Positions 53,846 through 64,000 of a stretch of 64,000 nt of DNA are shown here, piece after piece. The translations under genes were made by a program, and so were the position numbers. Location of the stretch: assembly GCF_009914755.1 (NCBI RefSeq), contig NC_060944.1. One strand, given 5' to 3'. Below the pieces are notes generated by a model. The model was given only the letters and a program-made list of their open reading frames with translations. It made no database searches and had not been told where the DNA came from. The stretch comes from the human T2T-CHM13v2.0 reference genome, Homo sapiens. How positions within the stretch are numbered: position 1 is the stretch's first letter; every line of letters starts with the position of its first letter.

Positions 53846-54608
53846 ATTTTAATTTTTAAAATTTTATTGAAATTAATTAGAAATAAAATTATGTTTACAC
53901 AGTGAGAGGAGTACGTCTTTAGCTTTCCTTGGATTCTCTTAAAAGAAGGAAGTTGACTCATACTCTTAAAGTGGGGTAAATTAGTAATGAGCTGGTGGTT
54001 GGAGGCAAAAGGGCTTACCTCCAATTATCTGTGTGTTAATCCAGTCCTATTCCAGGGACATTTTTGTCTGCAATCCTCAGAGATTTTATGAGATTGACTG
54101 GTTTTGTTTTGAATTAAATAAGAAATTGCTAAAGTGCCAGTTGTTCAAAATGTGTTTTTCCCCTTTGCTAAGTTTGCATGGATAGTTACTGGCAAACATA
54201 CCACGAGTACCTCCTATGCATCACGCCTTAGTTGTCAGGGCTAGAAATGACGTAGATGTATTCTCCGTAAGCCGTATAAATGCTGCTCAACCAAGTGTTT
54301 CATAAATGGCTGAATGACAAACAGGGTGTTCCCCATCAGGAGTGGATATGTAAATATCACAACCTGGCCCTTGTTAGAAGAGGTATATAAAAAAGAAAGT
54401 GCTGTGGAAGAAACCAATCCTTTTTGGGCATAAAAAGAATGAGAGATCAGAGAAGGGACATTTGATTTGGGCTTTGAAGAATAAATTGGAATTTCTGAGC
54501 AAAGAGTATAACATAAACAATGGTCAACATGCCTAACTGCTCAAAGTTTAGTTATTGTGTGATTTAAGAGTATAGTAACTCATATTTAATGGTGTATTTC
54601 AGTAGACT

Positions 54609-54789
54609 TAAAACTTAGCCTTAACCAAAGCAACAAGAGCTATGAAAACATGCATGTTCATTTCTTTAAATGTGTATTAGAAAACAAACTAAAATTAGCA
54701 CACGAACCCATGTTTTCATAGCTCTTGTTGCTTAAGGCTAAGTTTTTTTAAAAGGTTTGTTTCTAATGCACATTTAAAGAAATGAACAT
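54609..54789. repeat. Interleaved double inverted repeat A-B-spacer-A'-B'
   Basis: 54610-54652 is the reverse complement of 54709-54746; 54654-54689 is the reverse complement of 54755-54789. Confidence 0.93.
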
Positions 54790-54791
54790 CC

Positions 54792-55272
54792 TATAGCTTG
54801 CCTATCCAATGTCCATTTTCCCCCTTCCTCTTCTAACAGAACCCCAATGTATGAGGTTACCCACCCATCCTCCATGCAATCTTGTGCTTCAAGGAAAGCT
54901 GACCCCATTCCCACCTCAAGTAAATAGAACTTACTAAGACAGGTATCAGAATCTTGTTTTCCTTTCCAGTGATTGGCTCAGGAGAGGTCATATGATCCAG
55001 CTCTGGCCAATGAGAAGTAAGGAAAGATCTGCCCAGGGATTTCTGGGAAAAGTTTTCTCCTTAAGGAGACACCAGAGAGGACTTTTCTGCATTCTGTAGC
55101 TGCAGTAGCTCATCTTCCCACCAGGAAAAGAGCTAGCTTGCAGGTGATGCTAGTACATTAATGATGGCAGAATGGACACGTGGAAAGAATCTTGATGTTG
55201 ATGAATCACAGACCTATTCCCTTAAACGACTGTAGAGAGTTGCTCTGCCTCTGGACTTCTTACTCTATGAAA
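54792..55272 (+). mobile_element. MLT1 (MLT1J/K-like) LTR
   Basis: ccagtgattggctcagg...catatgatccagctctggccaatgaga...gatttctgggaaaagttttctcc...gcctctggacttct. Confidence 0.75.
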
Positions 55273-55274
55273 GA

Positions 55275-55590
55275 AAGTAAAGGGCCAGAGAGTTAATATT
55301 TTAGGCTTTACAGCCCAAGAGGCAAAATCAAGGGTATTATGTTGGTATTTATATAACAACAGGGAAAACAAATTTTGTCCAATTTTTTACTGATGAAATT
55401 CAAAATTTAATGAGAGTGTAATTTTTGTAATAAAGGTTTATTAATAAAAAAGGGATTATTTTCTTTTTAGTGCTCACTATCACCAAACTGAAAATACTCA
55501 TATGTAAAAACTATTCTTGATTGGCAGACCATATAGAAACAGGCAATGGGCCAGAATTCACTTGTAGGCTATCGTTTGCCATGCCCTGTT
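55275..55590. mobile_element. MER58-family hAT element (MER58D-like)
   Basis: gtaaagggccagagagttaatattttaggcttt...gggccagaattcacttgtaggctatcgtttgccatgccctg. Confidence 0.72.
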
Positions 55591-55774
55591 TTAAAGTAAT
55601 TTTTATTTTAAACTTTTTATTGGTTGAAAATTACTGTTCCCAAATAATATCTACTATTCATAGCCATGGTCATCATAATTGATACACATTAAACATTAAA
55701 AAATTCTCTATGAATCACCTCTAGCTGTCTTATATCCATAAAAGGGATGATTAAAAGATTTTGGGAAATAATAG

Positions 55775-55910
55775 TTTACTTTTGCTAAATACTTTTGTGC
55801 CAATTACTGGATTCTAAAATTATGTGCATGAGCTAATTTAATCTTTACAAAAATCCATCAGGTAGGCAGTATTATCATTATTTTGAAGATGAGGATATTA
55901 TGTCACAGAG
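55775..55910 (-). mobile_element. MIR fragment
   Basis: tttaatctttacaaaaatccatcaggtaggcagtattatcattattttgaagatgagga. Confidence 0.68.
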
Positions 55911-57854
55911 CACTTAGATGGTTCTCTGTTAAAGTGAGATTGGTTATTGTCTCTCTACTACTGTGCTGTTCAACTCTGATCTTTCCCTATTTATGTGCAA
56001 ATGAACCATATATATAAACTTGTTTCTGATTCGAACTTCCTAAACTAACTGGCACATTGCAGGGAAGTCAGTTATGGAAACAGATGATGCAGCTTTAAAA
56101 AAAATTATCATTACATTTCTTTATGGCTAAAGAGCATCTGGAACAATTTAAGAAATTAGAAGGAGAATAAGATGTTTTACAACATAATATGCCCCAGGAT
56201 TGCCATACAAGTGGGAAATGTGTTAGTTGAATTATGGCTCCGTGCTTTCCTTTTGTGGTATGCTTTATCCAGATCTCTGACATTACGGTACTGAGGTTGG
56301 CTCTTTATTTAGTTAGTTTTGAAAAATGTTCTTTAATTCTAGCATTCCAGGGAATAAAGTAGCACTCCAAATAATAATGCACGCTCAAGATGGAGAAATC
56401 AGACCCTTCGTGGGGAGAGAACAAAAATTAAAATGTGAATCATTAAAAAGCAAAACAAATAAATAAATAAGACTGTAAATAGACCCCTATAATTATATAT
56501 CGCACAAGAAAAGCCAACTCCAGATGGTTCGGTAATCTCATCACCAGCCTCACTAATAATCATTGTAACATTCTTGGTCTCTCCCTTAAGATAATGAGCA
56601 ATATGCACTAAAAAAAAAAAAGGTGTAAACATGAACTACAATTTCTCATCTAAATACAAAACAAAATAGAATGACTCACCTTAAGGTCTGCTAGTGTAGA
56701 GTGTTTTAATCTATAATCTTTCCCTTCCTTTAAAAGGTTAACCAATGGGGAAATACAACCAAATTATGAAAGTTGCCTTTCTAAGTAGACAATATGTTTC
56801 CCCCCGACTTCCTCCAAGGGTGGTCCCTTCTGAAATGAACCCAGAAAATTAATGCTCCAATAATTAAGCAAATTTAAAGACTATGATTAGTAAACAACTT
56901 TGTCACCCTTAAAGCTGTACCACTGCTAACATTTTTTAAAGTTTCCTAAGGCCCTTTCACCTTAGAAAATGATCGTTACTAGTTGAGCCAAGAAACAGTA
57001 TAGCATATAGCGCTTGTTATTATTTTTCTCCATACCTGCTGTTCCTTCTCTAGAATTTATTTTGAAGGACCAAAAAAAAAAAAAGAAAAAAATCTTCATT
57101 GATGGGGAAGAAAGGACCAAAAGAACATTATGCAAAACAGATGTAAAACCATCTCTATAATATTGCATGCTACTATTGAGCCTTTATTTCTGTCTTTTTT
57201 GCCTTGCAAGGCAGTTCTGCCCCAGACTCATAACTTTGTTTCCTCTCAATTAAGGTTGTTCAATATAAAATTGGATCATCTCAAACATACCTACCGGGAT
57301 GTAGAAAGAAAGATAAGTTTAGATTTTTTTTAATATGATGTTTTATCTGTTGGAGTGGGTTAAATTGCAATACTCTTTGAGCACATTCTGTTTTCCTGCT
57401 CCTTCAGGAAATCATCTGTGGCTCTGCTTCTTGGGTAATGTAGCCTACTTCATTGAAAAAAAGAGTAACTCAGTTTTGTTGCTTATACATGGGCTTCTGG
57501 ACTGCTTATGTGTTTGTGTATCACACACTCAATTCAAGGGCTCCCTTTGACTTTCTGCACTGAGCAGAGCAATTTCATTCAAATTTTCATTCAAAATTCA
57601 ATGTCGTCATCAGCCACCCAAATGCAAGGATGTGATTTAGGGATGAGTGATGTCAGTTATGAAGATTTCAAAGTCTATTTAAAATTTTCAAGAATGCTCT
57701 GCATTCCAATCACACACACTCTAGTCTAAGAAGTTCTGGCCATTCCTGTCATGTCATCTGGTGGATTTTTAATAATAAAATCCCTTATCTTTCTGCCCAA
57801 GGATCTGACCTATTTAGGAGCTTCTGGACTATTTTCATCTAGTCCCTTGGCTCA

Positions 57855-57990
57855 TCAGTTGATTCAGTAAATACATATTGAGTACTTGCAATATCCAAGG
57901 CACTGTTCTAGGATCTGGGGACACAATGTCCAAGACTGACAAGACGCCGTGAAACTGGCAGTTTAGTGGGAGTTGCCAGGAGAAGAAGCT
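57855..57990 (-). mobile_element. L2 3' terminus
   Basis: attcagtaaatacatattgagtactt...ggcactgttctaggatctggggacaca. Confidence 0.78.
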
Positions 57991-58339
57991 CTCCAAAGCC
58001 CATGCAAGTGAAAGGTATTGTATTGAAAAGTGATAGGAAGCCATCATTGGAAATGGTAATTCCTCATGGTATTTGGGGCCAGAAACTGCTATTCTGTTAG
58101 GTATAAACCCACTCTTTAGTGTTCTCTAGGGCCATGTTGTTTTTGGACTTCTCCTTTTAATATGTGTCTGCTGCAGTATTTTTCTTCTTTCTGAAGATCA
58201 GCATTTTTTTGATTCTTCTATCAAGTGTATACTTGGCAGAAAACATCCCCTCCAGCCTTGACTTGATGTGACCGTGTAGTTCTTGAGCTCAGTGCCATCT
58301 GACTCTTAAGACGACATTCTTGAGGGAGAATCAGATGGG

Positions 58340-58490
58340 TTGCTGTTGAGTCAGTGGACCCCGCCCTCCTGTGCTAGCTGTTTGTTATTGGTGCCACGTG
58401 CTGCCATCTGTGAAGTCGAGTCACACACCACAGACATGGCTGCCAGAGACCAAGGCGGGAGGATGTTTGCAGGGAAGGCGGCCTGAGAAA
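58340..58490. promoter_or_regulatory. Compact motif cluster (AP-1, GC box, CCAAT, E-box)
   Basis: TGAGTCA 58347-58353, CCCCGCCC 58359-58366, ATTGG 58387-58391, CACGTG 58395-58400. Confidence 0.35.
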
Positions 58491-58872
58491 CACTCCCAAG
58501 TGCACCTGCAACCGGAGGACTGTTCATCTGCAGCTCCAAATGCATTGTACAGGCACAGGCTCACTCTTCCCCTTTTTCTCACAGTTGTTTAGATTGTGGT
58601 ATGTTGTGGAAAACAGATATGCTGAGCTTCTGGCTCTGTGGTTTCCAGGATTGAGGAGACATAAGTAGGGAAGTTGGCCTTTCCTTCTGTCTTGCATTTT
58701 ATTATATTTCATTTTAAGGGGGGCATTTCTAAAAAATATTAACTTTCTCATATTACAAAAGTAATATGTATTCATTGTGGGAAAACTGGAAAACAGAAAA
58801 AGTAGTGAAGAAAAGAATACTCTCTCACATTCTCACTTCTCACAGATAACTGCTATTAATATTGTATGCCCA

Positions 58873-59175
58873 GGCCGGGCACTGTGGCTCACGCCTGTAA
58901 TCCCAGCACTTTGGGAGGCCGAGGCAGGTGGATCATGGGATCACGAGTTCAAGATCAGCCTGGCCAATGTGGTGAAACCCCATTTCTACTAAAAAAAATA
59001 TAAAAAATAAAAAATTTGCTGAGCGTGGTGGCACATGCCTCTAGTCTCAGCTGTTCGGGAGGCTGAGGCAGGAGAATCACTTGAATCCGGGAGGTGGAGG
59101 TTGCAGTGAGCCAAGATCATGTCACTGCACCCCAGTCTGGGCGACAGAGTGAGACTCTGTCTTGGAAAATAAAAT
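58873..59175 (+). mobile_element. Alu (AluSg/Sx-like)
   Basis: Full dimer; TSD tgtatgccca on both sides. Confidence 0.95.
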
Positions 59176-59762
59176 AATGTATGCCCACACTTGTTTGTGC
59201 AACAAAAATGGAACCTTACTCAATATTCTCAAAATAAAAGTATCTTTACCTTAATACCCATATGCTCTGTGCCCATTATGTGAGTTCACCCAATAAAGAA
59301 ATGTAAGAAGCAGAAAATGAAAATTTTCTCAGAAATTTCACCTCTTCAGAGAGAGTCGTTGATTACAGTTTGGCATAAATCCTTCCAGATTTTTAAGATA
59401 GGTGTGTGTGAGTATATACTTTTCCATACAAATATCAATACTCTTTCATGTCTTTTACAGCTTCAGCATAGTATTGTATTGAATGAATGTATTGTAATGC
59501 AATTAAAATTCTCTTTCAGTGGACATTCAGGGAGTTTCCAGTTTTTTCTTTATAATTATAAATCAATTTTGCATAGCTGTCCAAATATTTCCTTAAGATA
59601 TACTGCTATCTGTGGGCCAAAAGTTGCCATTTCTAGCCAAGTAGGAGGGAGACCATATTGAGTAATTAAGTATCCAAGATATATATAAAAATAAAAGAAA
59701 ACAACCAAAAAAATCAAGACCCTTAATATCTGGAAGTTCTGTGGGAGAATTAGAATAAAAAA

Positions 59763-60064
59763 TGGGCACAGTAGCTCATGCCTGTAATCCCAGCACTTTG
59801 GGAGGCTGAGGTGGGAGGATCAATTGCAGACAGTTCAAGACCAGTCTGGGCAACACAGTGAGATCGTGTCTCTACAAAATCTCTACAGAACGTTTAACAA
59901 ATTAGCTGGGTGTGGTGGTGTGCACCTATGGCCTCAGCTTCCTGGGAGGCTGAGGCAGGAGGATCATTTGAGCCCAGGAGTTTGGGGCTGCAGTGAGCTA
60001 CAAACATGTCACTGTACTGCAGCCTGGGTGACACAGTGAGATCCTGTCTTGGATAAAAAAAAAT
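59763..60064 (+). mobile_element. AluJ
   Basis: ggatcatttgagcccaggagtttggggctgcagtgagc and A-tail. Confidence 0.92.
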
Positions 60065-61659
60065 GTAAGAGTGCCAGAAAATGATAAAAACAAAATTAAA
60101 AAAATGTAACCCAAAACTTTTTTTTTCGTTAAAGGAGGATCTGAAAATGTAGAGGTGAGACGCTAATGGCAGAGTGGCCTCAGCTTTCACCAGGTTTTGA
60201 AAACATCTGTGAGGGAGGCACCAAATTCACTGTCCTGCAGCTTTGACTTCCCAATCCTCGTTGCCTCGTGCTGCCAGCCTGTATGCTGGTAGAAGTGTGT
60301 TCCTGGGAACATCCTGGCATCTTGTGTTAGGACTACACTGGTGCATGGGACAGATCACGCTCAAGAAGGTCGATGTAATTTGAAAAACAGATGGGCTCTG
60401 CTTTGTGAAAACTCCAAGCATATGAAGTCTAACTTGAATAAAAGGTACATGTTTGGAAGGAGAGTGTTTGTTATAAAAGGACTGTTCACCATTGGGGTGT
60501 ATAAATGGAAGTGCTCTTTTAGCCAGGCAGATCCTTAACCTGTCTAAAAGAGTATTTGATTTTAAAGTCCCTTGAACTAGGTCTATTGCATATATTTTCA
60601 AATATACCACTTTGGCTGGGAGTAATATTTAGCCACAAATATTCTCTCAGCAAGAAAAATGGAGGATAAAATGTTATATATGTTGGTGTCTTTTTCCCAT
60701 CTAGTTTCTATTTCTTACTTGAATCATCTTAAAACAACTAAGAAAGTTATAATCAGAACTAGGTCCAAATTTGTCGTCCTAGTTTGTTTTTGTGACTTTG
60801 TCTAAAAGCTGAGCAAAATCTGCTCAACAAGGGTCTTGGAAACATTGTTACTTGTGTTTTCCATCCATCACTCCTGTTCATCTGCATATACCTGAACAGA
60901 ATTATTCCTAGCGCATTGAATCTATATACCCTCTCTTAGTCTCTGTTCATTATAGTAAGCTCCAGAAAAAATAATATAAAAGAAATATTACAGAAAGAAA
61001 AGAAGGGCAAAGAAAAAAGTTCTGCTGGTTAAGAAATCCCTTTTAGCCAGAGGGGCGCCAGAAGAATCCAGGGACATCAATAGTTCCTGAACTGCTAAAG
61101 TATTTCCTACTCTTGTGAATTCTAAACATCTCTGAAGTCCAATATAGATCCCAAATATACTGATAGGATTAGAAATAGCATTTCCAATAAAAAATGCATA
61201 ACACAGTAGGACATGAAATAAGGTATTTCTCTTTGAAACCATGAAATTGCACCATATTTGTCTGGAAATGTGTACGTGAAATTTAAACAACCCTTGAAGA
61301 CATCCATCTATTTTTTTTTTGAGTTTGCTCCTCAATTGAAATTCCACTCTCTGGAAGTTTGTGCTGCGGGCTCCCAACTTCACTCTCTGCCTCTCCTCTG
61401 TTTCCCTCCATTTCCTTCCCTTTATGACCCTTTTCAGTTGCGCCCCCTTGATTTATGGTCATTTGTGTGATTGCACTGCTTTGGTTTATGGCAGTTTATG
61501 TCATCCTGGTCTTGTCATAAATGACTACCATAAAGTGAGGTAAAATATCATAAAACATTAGTGAGTCCCTGCTACTCAAGGTTCTTCAGAATAAACCCTG
61601 ACAGGTACCAGCTATAGAAAAATAGATCTGGCCATTTGAAAGGTGCAGTATTTGTAATA

Positions 61660-61905
61660 ATAATCATAATAATGATAGTTAAAAATAAGTTACTAAAGTT
61701 TGCTGAACTCTATGTGCCAGTCACTGGGTTAAGTTTATTTCATACATTATGACATAGAATCCTTGTTACTGCCCTCTATGGCAAAAACTAGGATTATCAC
61801 CGTTGTATAGATGAGGAAACTGAGGCAGGGAGAAGTTCAGCATGGCCAGTACTCAGTACAGTCCACAGTCTTACTGTGTCTTAAGAGCTCGTGCTTTTAA
61901 CTGTT
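61660..61905 (-). mobile_element. MIR
   Basis: ctatgtgccagtcactgg...tatagatgaggaaactgaggcagggagaagtt. Confidence 0.82.
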
Positions 61906-62169
61906 GTTGGTCTAGATGCTGCAGCTCGTGCTGTGTGCACATAAGGGGTTGAGTGGATTGAAATGTGGGTTTAGCATTTGGCAGACAGTTTTCATGACTG
62001 AGGAGCTCTTGTCACCTTCAGGCCTTTTTTGCTCTACTTCCCCTCCCAGTTCACAGAGCCTTCTGGCACACCCTGCTACCCTGGCCGCACTGTCTGCCTT
62101 TGTTACCTCACCATGCCCTCTAGACCACAAGTTATCTGCAAAGTTGTCTTTCTTGATTCATCCAGCTCA

Positions 62170-62935
62170 CTTCTGACCTTGTCCTTTGGAATCTCAGCTG
62201 TGCTAGCACATCTTTGAGCCAGAAGCCTGAGAGTCACCTTTGATTCCTTCTCTTTCTAACTAGCAAGTCCTGCCTGTGCCACCTCTAAGAGGCATCTTAC
62301 ACCCATCTGCATTTCACTTTACCTTCCAGAAGGTGGGTACTGTAAGCCACTGCCATCTCTTTCCTGCACTGCTAGAGATCAGGCTCTGCAAATGCTCCCA
62401 GCCACCTGTCCTTTGGGCTCTATGCAGGAGCAGAAGCACTTATAAGCACGAGCTGGGACTGCCATTGACAGCCCTCATTTATCCCTGTGGTTCGCTTCCT
62501 TTTGTGCTTTCTCTGACTCCTGCCTCCCTCATGACATTTTGTCGTGCTGTTGTCTCCGCCTCACTGGCCTCCCCCGAACCAGGTGAATTATTTTGTAACT
62601 TAGAAACTTCACACCATAAACTTTGCTCTCTGCTTGGAACTTGCAGCCCTTAACTTTCCTGTACCCATTCTTGTCTTTATGGAGTCAATTTTCTTATCAT
62701 TGTTCCTGCCTGAAGTTTCTCCCTCTTTCTTCAGTTCTCTACTACTGCAACTCTTTCCTTCCTAGATCTGCCCATATATACTGAGGAGTGATTTGTTTAT
62801 GTATTGATGATCTGTTTCCCTGTCTAGATTGTAAGCTCCATGGGGACAGGAACACAACTATCAAGTCCATAGCCACATTCCTAGCATTCGTCACAGGGCC
62901 CAGCACAACAGCATGGGACATATTTGTCGAGTGGG
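62170..62935 (+). mobile_element. Degraded L2 with 3' terminus
   Basis: gccagaagcctgagagtcacctttgattcc...ctagattgtaagctccatggggacagg...cacagggcccagcaca. Confidence 0.65.
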
Positions 62936-64000
62936 TTTAGATGGGATTGCAGGTTATATCTCCACATCTAAACTGGATCGTGAGGGCTAAAAGGACAGCC
63001 ATGCATCATCTGTTTCTGTGAAATATGTTATACCAAGAGCATTCACATTGTAGGAACAAAGTGGATGTTAATGTGATACATAGCTGTTGACTGAATTATA
63101 GTAGCCCTCACAAAACCTTGGCTCCTAGGATTAAGACAGTGCATTGCATTGGATTGGGCATTGGAGACTGGCCATGGGGTGTATGAAAAGGGGAAATGGA
63201 TCATAAGACAAGTTAGGACAACAGTTTCTATGATCCAATAAATTCATTGAAAGAAATATGTGAGCATCTTGGTTAAAAAAGAAAAAGAGAAGAAAAAAGG
63301 AACCAGGAGGAAAAATGGAATCAGTGTATTTCTCTCTCTTTTTTTTTTTTTTGCCCCCTCATCTCCTGTCTTTTCCAAAAATCTTTCTAGGTTTCCTCTG
63401 TCACATCCGTATGAAGTGTAAATTATAGTTTCCAATATAAATGGCCATTTTCAGCAAATTTTAGCAAGGAACAAAATTTCATTTGAGACTGAAATTTGGC
63501 ATCCCTTTGCCTCTTCATGCTGGGAACTATTTTTTGTCTTTACAAAATGCAATGAGACATAAATCTTTTTGCTTTTATTTCTAAATGATACTACACCAAG
63601 CCGAAAATGCACTGGGAAAATAGGAATGCCTCCAAGCTCGGGCCAGCCTTTGCAATCCTAATTCATAGTGCGTGCTGTTATACAAGGGAGAAATCAGATC
63701 AGGGTCCTATAAAAATGTGAGGCTATTTTTAATTGTATGTACTCACTTCCAATCCCATTCCTCTCCCTGCAAATTTCGTTTTACCCTGGCACTCCTAACT
63801 AACTACATTGCCACCCACAAAGAAGCCTGGTACACTCAACAGCTAACACTTGATTTGACACCATTTAGGAGGCTGGCAACTCCAAAAGCATATGGAATAT
63901 TCCAGATGGATTCCCAGGGACATTTGGCTCCAGGTTTCTCATGTTGGGGAACACAGTTGGCACATGGAGCAGGCCAGTTCTTTATGGCATCCCATCCAAG

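Noticed and set aside
60227-61383. 127-aa and 131-aa minus-strand ORFs
   Set aside because: No recognisable domain or exon structure; lengths are compatible with chance.
61043-61455. CTCF-like ccagaggggcgc and gcgccccct
   Set aside because: Both mismatch key positions of the CTCF core.

Overview
AT-rich primate genomic DNA, most likely human, judged from 15 Alus plus THE1, L1PA, L1PB and L1MA elements. I found no supportable protein-coding exon, RNA gene or CpG island; the longer ORFs in the track are mostly Alu, L1, Tigger1 or simple-repeat read-throughs. By eye about half of the window is interspersed repeat, including a ~6.3 kb L1MA with both ends and a near-complete Tigger1. Between the repeats lie long blocks rich in TAAT/TGACAG/FOX/SOX motifs, as expected for enhancers in a gene desert or large intron; I cannot name the locus. 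The most interesting signal is a set of short, locally templated copy events: (1) an ~81 bp inverted and circularly permuted copy at 54609-54789 (A-B..A'-B'), (2) a two-donor chimeric insert at 32946-33080 built from local L1 and LTR16 sequence, (3) an 86 bp copy of 2931-3016 placed in an L2 at 1201-1286 between 9-bp direct repeats, and (4) an Alu whose first 16 nt are inverted. Repeat subfamily names come from remembered consensus sequences, and boundaries of old elements (MIR, L2, MLT1) are approximate.
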